Part shown: piece after piece, positions 43,101 to 51,953 of the stretch
Layout of the letters: each line of letters opens with the position of its first letter
How positions within the stretch are numbered: position 1 is the stretch's first letter
From: Rhodoferax sp. OV413
Lineage (GTDB): Bacteria; Pseudomonadota; Gammaproteobacteria; Pseudomonadales; Pseudohongiellaceae
Direction of reading: 5' to 3'
Assembly (NCBI GenBank): GCA_943330915.2
Contig: CALQJO020000006.1
Coordinates: 4,925 to 68,924 of the forward strand
Length of the DNA stretch: 64,000 nucleotides
The notes under the pieces: generated by a model
The model's database searches: none
The model's input: the letters and a program-made list of their open reading frames with translations, nothing else
What the model was told of the DNA's origin: nothing
Translations under genes and position numbers: made by a program

Positions 43101-45694
43101 TTGCCGGCCTTTGCTGCTGAAGGCAATTCTGCCAGATGAGCCGCCAGTTTCAGACGTTGCGATTCGCCGCCGCTTAAGGTAGGAACCGCCTGTCCCAGTT
43201 GCAGATAGTGCAGGCCCACATCAATCAGTGGCTGCAGGCAATGTTCAATGTCTTTATCGCCTTTGAAGAATTCCGTGGCCTCTTCTACCGTCAGTTCCAG
43301 TACATCGGCAATCGATAACGCGCGTGCGTTGTTGGCAGGATCAAGCAAGGTAACGTCGAGAATTTCGCGGCGATATCGTTTGCCATTGCATTCGCTGCAG
43401 CGCAGATACACATCGCTGAGAAACTGCATTTCGACATGTTCAAATCCATTGCCGGAACACAGCGGGCAACGGCCATTGCCGGAGTTGAAACTGAAGATCC
43501 CGGGTGTATATCCGCGCTCCTTGGCCAGTGGCTGATCAACAAAACGTTTACGAATGACATCAAACGCGCCGACATAGGTAGCGGGTATTGAGCGCGTGGT
43601 TTTTCCCAGCGGGCTCTGATCCACAAACACAATGTTGGACAGGTGCTGTTGGCCGCTGATGCTGTTGTGTTCACCGGGTGCTTCTGTGGATACACCAAAA
43701 TGGCGGCAAAGTCCCCGGTACAACACATCACGCATCAGAGTTGATTTGCCTGACCCGCTGACGCCGGTGATGCATACCAGTTTGTGTAAAGGGATATCCG
43801 CATCGATGTTTTTTAGATTGTTTTCGCGCGCTCCGCGGATAGCAACGACCGCATCCATTGCTGCGCTGTTGTTGGATTTGCCGGCATTGGATTCGCTGGC
43901 ATAAGACTCTGCCACCAACAATTCACCGCGAAGATATCGCGCAGTCAGAGAATCCGCGTCACGTAAAAGCTCGGCCGGTGTACCCATAAACCGAACTTCA
44001 CCACCGCGTTTTCCCGGGCCAGGTCCGATATCAATAATCAAATCAGCCGCCAGCATGACCTGCGGGTCATGCTCTACCACAATCAGCGAATTGCCTGCAT
44101 CGCGCAGCCGGTGCAGGATACTGACCATACGCTGCATATCCCGCGTGTGCAGACCTATACTGGGTTCATCCAGCACAAACAGGGTATTGACCAGCGAGGT
44201 CCCCAATGCCGTTGTCAGATTAATACGTTGCACTTCACCACCGCTGAGGGTGCGTGATTGTCGGTCAAGCGTCAGGTATCCCAGTCCAACATCCAGCAGA
44301 TAGTTCAGGCGCGAGCGTATTTCCCCCAACAGCAGGTCAGTGGCAGCATCCAGTTGGCCGGGCAGGCGCAGGTCCGTAAAATAAGCCGCGCACTCTTGCA
44401 GGGATAACAACATCAATTCGTTTATAGGGTAACTGTTAGCAGGCAGCCCCCTATTACCGGCCACCGATGGCTGCTGATGTAGACGCCACCAGAGAGCTTC
44501 AGGTTTCAGGCGTGCGCCATGGCAGGCGTGACATTCGGTATAGGCGCGATATCGCGATAGCAGCACGCGGATATGCATTTTATAGGCGCGGCTCTCCAGC
44601 CAGCCAAAAAAACGGCGAATGCCATACCACACGCCGTCCTGCCAGCCACCTTCTCCTTCCTGTGCCCATGTCTTGTGTGCTGCAGTCAGATCTTTCCAGG
44701 GAGTATCCAATGGGATGCCAGCTTTGCGTGCATATTTTTCCAGATCATCCTGACACTCTTTGTAGCTTGCACTCTGAAAAATTTTTACCGCGCCTTCGCG
44801 CAGGGTTTTATTGTGATCAGGTATGACCAGATCAAAATCCACATCAATGATGCGCCCGAACCCTTTGCAACTGTCACAGGCTCCAAGGGGTGAGTTAAAC
44901 GAGAATAATCCGGGGCCGGGTTCGCTGAACTGTTTGTCGCAGTCCGGGCAGTGCAGGTGGCTGGAGTAGGCCTTGATCTGCTGCTGGTCAGTATCGGGTT
45001 CGCAGTACACAAGCACATGGCCGTTGCCATGATGCAGCGCTGTTTCGATGGCTTCACCCAGGCGTTCCCTATTACCCTGATTCAGGCGCAATCGATCCTG
45101 AACGGCATGCACGTGGTGCTCGTTCTGCGCCTGAATGCGGGTGTAACCCTGTTGATTTAACCACTGCAGAATTTCGCTGCCGGAAAAATTATGTGGAACG
45201 CTCACCGGCAAACACACGTGAATCCGCGTTTCAGCCGGGAAACTAGCCATCAGTTCAGCGACGATGGACTGCGTGTTGTCACGCTTGACTTCACGCTGAC
45301 AACCGGGGCAGTGCAGATGTGACAGTCGCGCATACACCAGTTTGATGTAGTCGTTCAGCTCTGTCATGGTGCCTACGGTAGAGCGAGACGTGCGCACCGG
45401 ATTGCTTTGGTCAATGGCTATCGCGGGTGGGATGCCTTCAATGCTGTCGATGGCAGGTTTGTCCATGCGATCGAGAAACTGGCGTGCATACGCCGAAAAC
45501 GTCTCTACGTAACGGCGCTGACCTTCAGCATAAATGGTGTCAAATGCCAGCGTGGATTTGCCAGAACCACTCACGCCGGTAATGACAATCAGTTTGTTTA
45601 CCGGCAACTCGAGCGACAGATTTTTGAGATTGTTCTGACGCGCCCCGCGCAGCACAATCGATTCAATCGTTGTGTTCTTTTGGCTGCGTTCCAA
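40121..45694 (-). CDS. uvrA: Tandem-duplicated UvrA-family ABC ATPase (1857 aa)
   Basis: Four GVSGSGKST Walker A motifs, four TLSGGE signatures, repeated AEGQRRY and multiple CxxC zinc fingers. Confidence 0.93.
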   Translation of the reverse strand: MERSQKNTTIESIVLRGARQNNLKNLSLELPVNKLIVITGVSGSGKSTLAFDTIYAEGQRRYVETFSAYARQFLDRMDKPAIDSIEGIPPAIAIDQSNPVRTSRSTVGTMTELNDYIKLVYARLSHLHCPGCQREVKRDNTQSIVAELMASFPAETRIHVCLPVSVPHNFSGSEILQWLNQQGYTRIQAQNEHHVHAVQDRLRLNQGNRERLGEAIETALHHGNGHVLVYCEPDTDQQQIKAYSSHLHCPDCDKQFSEPGPGLFSFNSPLGACDSCKGFGRIIDVDFDLVIPDHNKTLREGAVKIFQSASYKECQDDLEKYARKAGIPLDTPWKDLTAAHKTWAQEGEGGWQDGVWYGIRRFFGWLESRAYKMHIRVLLSRYRAYTECHACHGARLKPEALWWRLHQQPSVAGNRGLPANSYPINELMLLSLQECAAYFTDLRLPGQLDAATDLLLGEIRSRLNYLLDVGLGYLTLDRQSRTLSGGEVQRINLTTALGTSLVNTLFVLDEPSIGLHTRDMQRMVSILHRLRDAGNSLIVVEHDPQVMLAADLIIDIGPGPGKRGGEVRFMGTPAELLRDADSLTARYLRGELLVAESYASESNAGKSNNSAAMDAVVAIRGARENNLKNIDADIPLHKLVCITGVSGSGKSTLMRDVLYRGLCRHFGVSTEAPGEHNSISGQQHLSNIVFVDQSPLGKTTRSIPATYVGAFDVIRKRFVDQPLAKERGYTPGIFSFNSGNGRCPLCSGNGFEHVEMQFLSDVYLRCSECNGKRYRREILDVTLLDPANNARALSIADVLELTVEEATEFFKGDKDIEHCLQPLIDVGLHYLQLGQAVPTLSGGESQRLKLAAHLAELPSAAKAGKKTSTGGKGILFLFDEPTTGLHFHDIHVLLKAFRKLLDAGHSLLVIEHNLDVIRAADWLIDIGPEGGADGGQLIGSGTPSWFSTHGNGHTAEALREYEQALTRSKAGKLPVMQQGAATRTKRQAAIQIHHAREHNLKNVDVSIPWNKFTVITGVSGSGKSTLAFDIVFAEGQRRYLESLNAYARQFVQPATRPDVDAIHGIPPTVAIEQRTSRGGRKSTVATLTEIYHFLRLIFVKLGTQYCPGCKVPIEPQSREMILSRLLRDWQGQTVNVLAPVVVGRKGIYKELAAWAAGKGYEKLRVDGRYLATQDWPVLDRFKEHNIEVLINQISISKKHEKALTDLIDEALAVGNGLLMISPVSSGTADALFSTRRACPSCGDSFDDLDPRLFSFNSRHGWCQSCYGTGEILPEFSEELTGEEENWLDPENADIGKPCKKCKGTRLNPVALAVRFQQWNIAELTQLSVDLAASTINAIKLDKKQNTIARDILPELTGRLSFLQKVGLGYLSLDRAAPTLSGGEAQRIRLASQLGSNLQGVCYILDEPTIGLHARDNALLIKTLRELQQHGNTVVVVEHDDATMAEADFLIDVGPGAGVKGGEIVATGTLAQLKKNKRSLTGKFLANPMRHPLADVRDSQSRDQFETEQLTISGARLNNLRTLDISLPLRRLVAISGVSGSGKSTLIRGVLFNNVQAAVSAAGRFTKKAARTAIPWQGCDNLDGWQSIDSILQVDQTPIGKTPRSCPASYVGIWDTIRKLFADTVDARLRGYVPGRFSFNVSGGRCETCSGNGMQKIEMNFLPDVRVDCEACGGWRFNPETLSVQYKGKHIGKVLAMDIDEAVVFFESVPSIFHVLRLMQDVGLGYLTLGQQSPTLSGGEAQRIKLVAELAKAKPHLSLRGSKPPHKVYVLDEPTVGLHMADVEKLLRVLHRLVDAGNSVLVIEHNLDVIAEADWVIDLGPEGGDAGGQVVAQGAPLTVSKTKKSHTGRYLLPMLTAS

Positions 45695-45710
45695 GGATAT
45701 TTCAGTGATT

Positions 45711-46301
45711 TCAGAGATCCTTTATGCCGTTAAAAATAGTCTTGCGCGGACGTGCGAGCAGGTTCTGCACCATGGGTACAAAAAACTCAATGGGTCTGGT
45801 TTTAAATTCAGGATCAAAAGCTTTGCCGTCATAGAGTTCACAAAAACGTTTTGTGTAGTCGAAATAAGGTGAATCGGCATATTTCTCACGCATATCACGA
45901 TCACCACCGAGGTGATGAAAATAATCGTAACCCTGAAAAATCTGGTGATGACGCAGCAACCAATGGTTTGCGTCACTGATAAAAGGTTTAAGGATTGCTG
46001 CGGCAATTTCGCCGTGGTCATAGGTGCCAAGTGTATCGCCAATATCATGAAGCAGAGCAACCACAACGTATTCCTCGTCTTCCCCGCCCTCGAGCGCGCG
46101 GGTCGCAGTCTGCAGGCAGTGCTCAAAACGGTCTACCGGAAAACCACCGCAGTCGCCTTTCAGCAGTTCAAGGTGTTTGAGAATGCGCGCAGGCAGATCT
46201 GATGCAAATTCATTAAACGCTTTGCCAATAATCTGCCAGTCCTCTCGCGTGCTCTCGGAAAAACTTTTGAAGGTGGCCTGAGGCTGTTGATGTTCGGACA
46301 T
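45711..46301 (-). CDS. HD-domain metalloprotein (putative diiron, PhnZ/MIOX-like ligand set)
   Basis: EHCLQ, LLHDIG, DHGE, RHH, YDGKAFD give H...HD...H...H...D. Confidence 0.85.
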   Translation of the reverse strand: MSEHQQPQATFKSFSESTREDWQIIGKAFNEFASDLPARILKHLELLKGDCGGFPVDRFEHCLQTATRALEGGEDEEYVVVALLHDIGDTLGTYDHGEIAAAILKPFISDANHWLLRHHQIFQGYDYFHHLGGDRDMREKYADSPYFDYTKRFCELYDGKAFDPEFKTRPIEFFVPMVQNLLARPRKTIFNGIKDL

Positions 46302-46375
46302 GATGCTTTGCTCCGCGGCTGCAAATGAAGTGTCCGGATTCTAGCATGATTAATCATTGGTGAAAGCGAGGCTGT

Positions 46376-47266
46376 TCACAGACCGCGCTGCCACTCTTCT
46401 CGTAAAGGGATGCGTCCAGGCTGGTGAATCGCCGTGCGGATGATGTTCAGCAGTGACTCTTTATCTTTGCTCAGGACGCCCTTAAGGACCAGGTAGTTGG
46501 AGGCGTGATCACTGCGGAAAATGGTGTTTTTCAGCTCCAGTGCCGTGAGGAATGTCTCCATTTCACGGAACAGTTCCAGCTTGCCTAGTTTGCGCCAGCG
46601 GCCGTCAAATGGGTCGTTGAAGCGCTGTGTACCGTTGGGAAATTCAACCACCAGTGTTGACAGATAATGAGGTTGAGCGGCATTCATCAGGCGTGCGCTC
46701 TCCAGTGCATGACGCTCGCTGAGCTCGGGGCCGCCGAGTCCATTGAGTACCATCACAGAGCTCTTGATGCCTGCTGCATGCATTTTCTGCAGTGCGTCGA
46801 GTGAGCTATCAAAGCTTTCACCTTTGCTGATCAGTGTCAGCAGTTCGTTGTCACCGGTTTCACAACCAACGTACAAAAGGCTGAGACCTTTTTCGCGCAA
46901 TTCGCGCAATTCATCAACGGATTTATTGCGCAGATTACGCGGCAGGCAGTAGGCACTGACGCGCGGTTTGTGGGGCAACCAGCGGTTGAGCAGATCGAGT
47001 ATTTCATGCAAGCGACGCACAGACAGCGTCATTGCATCCCCGTCGGCTAAAAACACCCGATACACCGGATAACCGGCCTCGACAATCTGCTTCAGCTGAG
47101 CCTCTATTGCAGAAAGATCCTGGGGTTGAAAGCGCTTTTGAGGTTGCGTGTACATATCGCAAAACGTGCATTTGTTCCACGAACAGCCGTTGGTGACCTG
47201 CAAGATCAGCGATTTCCACTCACTGGGAGGGCGAAAAATCGGTTCTATATATGAGATTGGGTACAT
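46376..47266 (-). CDS. Radical SAM protein of unknown function
   Basis: GCSWNKCTFCDMY (CxxxCxxC), FLADGDA, GCETG, FRSDHASNY. Confidence 0.92.
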   Translation of the reverse strand: MYPISYIEPIFRPPSEWKSLILQVTNGCSWNKCTFCDMYTQPQKRFQPQDLSAIEAQLKQIVEAGYPVYRVFLADGDAMTLSVRRLHEILDLLNRWLPHKPRVSAYCLPRNLRNKSVDELRELREKGLSLLYVGCETGDNELLTLISKGESFDSSLDALQKMHAAGIKSSVMVLNGLGGPELSERHALESARLMNAAQPHYLSTLVVEFPNGTQRFNDPFDGRWRKLGKLELFREMETFLTALELKNTIFRSDHASNYLVLKGVLSKDKESLLNIIRTAIHQPGRIPLREEWQRGL

Positions 47267-47337
47267 GGGCCGGGAAAATAGCAGTCGCTGTAGACAGAGC
47301 GTAGAATACGCCGTTTTGGCGTGTTGGTTGTCTTTTT

Positions 47338-48048
47338 ATGGAAATGTTTATTGCCGTAGCGCTGGTAACGGTTGGCGCTTATGTGCAAACCGCCACCGGT
47401 TTTGGTCTGGCGGTTATTGCGGCGCCTGTATTGTTTTTTGTAAACCCTGCTCTGGTTCCTGCACCGGTCACTGTGTGTGCGCTGGTGTTATCGTTGATCA
47501 ATGCATGGGTATTTCGTGAGGGTGTTTCACTCAATGGGCTGAAAGCGGCGGTGATAGGTCGTATCCCGGGTTCAATTGCAGGCGCAGCGCTGTTGTTGTG
47601 GATGGATAAAAACATGCTCGCGCTGTGGATCGGTATCTCCGTACTCTTTGCAGTGGGTGTGTCTCTGACCTCTTTGCGCTGGCAGCCAACCAATAAGCGC
47701 ATGATGGCCGCCGGATTTTTATCAGGTTTTATGGGGACCAGCACATCGATTGGCGGCCCACCGATGGCGCTGTTGTGGCAGCATCAGGATTTGGCACTTA
47801 TTCGCGCCAATCTGGCTGCATTTTTTGTGGTCAGCTGTCTCATCTCCCTGATAGTGCTGGCCCCTATCGGTTATTTTGGGGTCACCCAGATGCTGTTGTC
47901 ACTGCCATTACTGCCGGCGACCTATGCCGGTTATTGGCTGGCCAGAAAGACCATGCATCGGATTTCAGCGCGTGCAATACGCATGGGGTCTCTCACTTTG
48001 TGTGCAGGTTCCGGTCTTTATGCGGTGATATCGGCTCTGCTCAATTGA
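47338..48048 (+). CDS. TauE/SafE family membrane exporter
   Basis: QTATGFG, GFMGTSTSIGGPP, about 8 TM segments. Confidence 0.9.
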   Translation: MEMFIAVALVTVGAYVQTATGFGLAVIAAPVLFFVNPALVPAPVTVCALVLSLINAWVFREGVSLNGLKAAVIGRIPGSIAGAALLLWMDKNMLALWIGISVLFAVGVSLTSLRWQPTNKRMMAAGFLSGFMGTSTSIGGPPMALLWQHQDLALIRANLAAFFVVSCLISLIVLAPIGYFGVTQMLLSLPLLPATYAGYWLARKTMHRISARAIRMGSLTLCAGSGLYAVISALLN

Positions 48049-48226
48049 TGATGCGTGCGGGGCTGCCTGTTGTTAGGCACCGTATTGGGTTACACTCCGT
48101 CGACTATCAGCAATAAAAATTATCGCCTGATCGTGCTGCAACACAACAACCAAGCATGGTGGTGTAACAGTTCAACACAGCAAGGTGTGGTCGCTGATTC
48201 TGTTGCCTGGCAAGGAGATACAATCG

Positions 48227-48970
48227 ATGAGTAACAACGCTGTCAAAGTGGAGTGTGAACAGCTTGCCTGGCCACACAACACAGATATGGACGCTTTCAA
48301 ACGTGTATGGATGCTGGAAGGTGAGCCATTGTGGGAACGCGTGTTTGCTGTTCATCACGAGCGCATGCAGATAAAAAACGCTAAAACAGCGCTGAAAAAT
48401 CTTCAGAAGATATTCACGTGCACATTTCGTCTGGCAAACAGCCAGGGTTTTCATTCCATGAGTTTGCGTGATCTGAGTCGCGAAACAGAGATCAGCATGG
48501 GTGGGCTGTACGCCTATATTGGCAGCAAAAATGATTTGGCATCGGCGATTGCGGCTGTGGTACGTCAAACCATCGATGATGTTCTGTCAGACCTGGCACG
48601 TCACAATCTGAATCCGAATGAGCGCCTGAAAGCGCTGATTTATGCAGATATTTATATGAACGATATTCTGCATCAGTGGTACTACTTTTGTTTTCTCGAA
48701 GCTAAAGGTCTGGATAAAGCGCAGCGCGATGAGGCAATTCAGATGGAGTTTCGCTTCGATCAGCGCTTACAGGATATTTTCTCAGAAGGAATTAAAACCG
48801 GCGCCTTCCGGTACGACGGAGACTTGGCGTTACTCGCGGCAAGTACAACTGCTATGTTGCAGCAGTGGTATCTCAAACGTTGGAAATTTCAACACCTGCA
48901 CACTGGCATAGGACAATATGCCGAGTTCATTTTGAAGACCTTGTTAAACAGCCTGGATTGCAAACGATAA
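48227..48970 (+). CDS. TetR/AcrR family transcriptional regulator with N-terminal extension
   Basis: GFHSMSLRDLSRETEISMGGLYAYIGSK helix-turn-helix; GGAG RBS before ATG 48227. Confidence 0.9.
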   Translation: MSNNAVKVECEQLAWPHNTDMDAFKRVWMLEGEPLWERVFAVHHERMQIKNAKTALKNLQKIFTCTFRLANSQGFHSMSLRDLSRETEISMGGLYAYIGSKNDLASAIAAVVRQTIDDVLSDLARHNLNPNERLKALIYADIYMNDILHQWYYFCFLEAKGLDKAQRDEAIQMEFRFDQRLQDIFSEGIKTGAFRYDGDLALLAASTTAMLQQWYLKRWKFQHLHTGIGQYAEFILKTLLNSLDCKR

Positions 48971-49013
48971 ACTGCGTTTCTGCTCAGGCCACAATCTCTC
49001 GCAGACTGGTTTT

Positions 49014-49625
49014 TCAGTCGGCGTTTTCAGGTCTGATGCCACGTTTGTCTTTATAAAATTGTCGGATAGCGCTGATGTCCTGTTCAACGTTTCCGGTAGG
49101 GTAAAAAAAATCTGCTAGCCCGGCTTCTTTTCTGGCAACGTCAAGATATCCCATAAGGATAGGTACACCGGCATTGTTGGCGATGTGGTAAAAGCCGGTT
49201 TTCCATTCCTTGACCTTACTGCGAGTGCCTTCCGGCGGCACCAAAACCACCATGTGTGGATTGTCTTGATACTGCTGAACCACTTGCTCTACGACACCGT
49301 GGTGTTGGCTGCGATCAATCGCAATGCCGCCTAGCCAGCGCATGATGCCGCCAAACGGAAACATAAACAGCGAGCTTTTGCCCATCCAGTGAAGTTTTAG
49401 TTCAAGTTTGAGCACGACCATCAGCATCAAAGGAAAATCCCAGTTGCTGGTGTGTGGCGCCCCTATCAGCACAAATCGCTGATTATCCGTGTGTTTTCCG
49501 ATTGTCCTCCAGCCTCCGAGGCGCAATAGGACCGAGGAAATCATTCTCAGCAGTGGTGTCAGCACAGGTGTGTTAAAGACAGTTCTGTGCATTATTTTTA
49601 TTGTGCTTTTTTTGCTCTCAGACAT
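49014..49625 (-). CDS. Lysophospholipid/1-acyl-glycerol-3-phosphate acyltransferase family
   Basis: APHTSNWD (HxxxxD), PPEGTRS, WKTGFYHIA. Confidence 0.92.
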   Translation of the reverse strand: MSESKKSTIKIMHRTVFNTPVLTPLLRMISSVLLRLGGWRTIGKHTDNQRFVLIGAPHTSNWDFPLMLMVVLKLELKLHWMGKSSLFMFPFGGIMRWLGGIAIDRSQHHGVVEQVVQQYQDNPHMVVLVPPEGTRSKVKEWKTGFYHIANNAGVPILMGYLDVARKEAGLADFFYPTGNVEQDISAIRQFYKDKRGIRPENAD

Positions 49626-50180
49626 TTACCAATCCTGTACAAACATGTTGATGGGTTCTTCCTGTAACTGCCTTACCGGGCCGTCGATAGTGCCCATATA
49701 GAGGTAGCCAATGATGCTTTCTGACTCGTTGACTCCCAGGCCCTGACGCACAATCGGGTGTTCAGCCATCGGGCCCGTTCTCCAGATAGCGCCGACATTC
49801 AACGCGTGTGCTGCTGTCAGCATATTCTGCAGCGCGCCTGCGGTGGATAAATGTTGTTCGGTTACCGGTATCTTGGGGTGCTGTCGGGGGCAGGCGATAC
49901 CAACCAGTACTAACGGGGCGCGCAGGGCTTTACTTCTGATGCTGTCAAGTTCACTTGCACTGATGTCCGGTGTATCGGCGAGACTGGCATCGGCAAACAG
50001 ATTGGCCAGCTTTTCAAGGGATTTATCCCGAATCAGTAAAAATCGCCATGGTCTGAGCAGGCCATGATCTGCGGTGCGCAAACCCGCTTTTATAATCTGC
50101 TCCAGAGTCAGCGGATCAGGACCCGGTGCGCGCACTCTTGAAACCGATACGCGCGTATGCAGCGCAGTTATTGCGTCCAT
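49626..50180 (-). CDS. Nitroreductase family protein (YdjA-like)
   Basis: LHTRVSV, DHGLLRPWRF, RAPLV, IWRTG, IGYLYMGT; stop codon abuts the acyltransferase ATG. Confidence 0.9.
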   Translation of the reverse strand: MDAITALHTRVSVSRVRAPGPDPLTLEQIIKAGLRTADHGLLRPWRFLLIRDKSLEKLANLFADASLADTPDISASELDSIRSKALRAPLVLVGIACPRQHPKIPVTEQHLSTAGALQNMLTAAHALNVGAIWRTGPMAEHPIVRQGLGVNESESIIGYLYMGTIDGPVRQLQEEPINMFVQDW

Positions 50181-50332
50181 GTTGTATTTCCTGGGTGTCG
50201 ATTTAGCAGGTAATCAGCATAAATCAAATATTGGTTTAATAGAATCGCCCGTGTAAGCTGAGTTCCCCTGTTGTATGGTCAGTGGTACTATTTCCCACGC
50301 CCATTTTCCGGATGTGACCTGTTATCGAGGAT

Positions 50333-51934
50333 TTGATGAGTTCAATAGCCAATGTCATTGCGATCAGTCGCGAACGGCCCGTCTATCCACAAGCACTTTC
50401 GCGTTGGTTTGCCAAAACTGCAGGCCGTCCGTTACGGCTGGTGCTGAGTTTTTATTCGCCGGATGGCAACGAAGTGGCGATGCCGCTGGCCAGCATTTCC
50501 GCCTATCTGAAACGTGATTTCCCGTGGGTAGAGCTGCATTTATGTCCTGTCCTGATTCTGCGTGACGAACAAGCATTTCAACCGGAGAATTTCGCTAAAT
50601 CTGTGGCGGCGCTGCAGCCTGATCTGATCGCATTTTCGGTGATGAGTCCGCATTGGTTCCCTATGGAGCCATACTTCGAAGAAATCAAAAAATTACTGCC
50701 GGATGCCGCGATTTGTATTGGTGGTTATCAGGCTATGTTGTCGCAGCAGCAGACCATCGCCAACCGCAACATCGATTTTATCTGTACCGGTGATGGCGAG
50801 TATGCCATGGGTAATCTGGTGCAGTTTATGCGTGGCAGCAAAGATGGCCCGGTTGATGGCATGTGGGAACGCATGACAGATGACACAGTCTTTGAAACCG
50901 AGCCACATCAGATCGGCGATCTTGCGGCATTGCCCTTCCCGGATTACGACATTTTTGAAAAGGCTGATGGTTTTAACAGCGTCAACACGTCAATTTTTGG
51001 TCCCAAGGAAAAGCTGGTATTGCCAGTGATGACCGGACGAGGTTGCCCATACCGTTGCACCTACTGCTGCAACACGCCTTTGCTCGATGGCTGGAAGAAC
51101 AAAAAGGAGTTTCTCAGAAAGTATGAACCTCAGGCCATGGTGGACGAACTCATTCGCCTGCGTGATAAATATGGTGTGGGTTACTTTGAATTCTGGGATG
51201 AGCTGTTCCTGTCAAATCTGAAGTTCGTGAACGCGTTTTTTGAGCTTTATAAAGACCAGGTTGGTTTGCCATTCTCAATCAACTCACGTGTTGAGGTCAT
51301 GAACGAGAAATTCTGCGAGAAAGCCGCAGCGGCAGGTTGTCACACTATCTGGTTTGGTATTGAGAGTGGTGATGAAACATATCGCAGCAAGATGTTGGGG
51401 CGAAAAATGACCAACGAACAGGTCATCGCCGCTGCCGAAAACTGCAAAAAAGCCGGTATCAACCGGCTGACATTCAATATTGTAGGAATGCCGCTGGAAA
51501 CTGCAGAAAATATGCATCAGACGCTGGAGCTCAATCGCATCATTGCTCCGGAGTTTTTCTTCTTTTTCAACTACATTCCTTTGCGCGGAACACCCCTGTA
51601 CGAGGTTGCGGAGCGCGAAGGTTTGCTGATGCATGACAAAAAATCTTTGCACTATCTGTCTGGCGCGCTGAACCGCAGATTTTTCCTGAATCTCAAAGAA
51701 AACCCTGAACTGTTGTCGCAGGATGAGTTTGAGTCCATTTGTTTTGAGATGCTGGATTTCCAGGAAAAAAACAACCGCTTGAGTTTTGCGGATGGAGAAG
51801 ATGCACCACGTATCATCAAGATGGATGAACCTGTGGTGTTAGCCCCGGTTGATACTGTTGCGCTTGAACAATTGGCCAGCAAACCAGAACGGTCATTGAT
51901 GGGCAGCCTCAGGGGATTGTTCCGCAGCCCCTGA
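50333..51934 (+). CDS. Cobalamin-binding radical SAM protein (class B-like)
   Basis: N-terminal B12-binding Rossmann region (DLIAFSV, ICIGG, GDGEY), TGRGCPYRCTYC, DELF, FGIESG, GTPLY. Confidence 0.9.
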   Translation: MMSSIANVIAISRERPVYPQALSRWFAKTAGRPLRLVLSFYSPDGNEVAMPLASISAYLKRDFPWVELHLCPVLILRDEQAFQPENFAKSVAALQPDLIAFSVMSPHWFPMEPYFEEIKKLLPDAAICIGGYQAMLSQQQTIANRNIDFICTGDGEYAMGNLVQFMRGSKDGPVDGMWERMTDDTVFETEPHQIGDLAALPFPDYDIFEKADGFNSVNTSIFGPKEKLVLPVMTGRGCPYRCTYCCNTPLLDGWKNKKEFLRKYEPQAMVDELIRLRDKYGVGYFEFWDELFLSNLKFVNAFFELYKDQVGLPFSINSRVEVMNEKFCEKAAAAGCHTIWFGIESGDETYRSKMLGRKMTNEQVIAAAENCKKAGINRLTFNIVGMPLETAENMHQTLELNRIIAPEFFFFFNYIPLRGTPLYEVAEREGLLMHDKKSLHYLSGALNRRFFLNLKENPELLSQDEFESICFEMLDFQEKNNRLSFADGEDAPRIIKMDEPVVLAPVDTVALEQLASKPERSLMGSLRGLFRSP

Positions 51935-51953
51935 GGCTCATGTATCAAAATAC

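Noticed and set aside
40608-45733. Many plus-strand ORFs, including a 330-aa one at 40628-41620
   Set aside because: Antisense shadows of uvrA.
48185-48970. TetR N-terminal extension as a novel fusion
   Set aside because: Short, and from recall typical of a widespread marine TetR subfamily; no extra domain evident.
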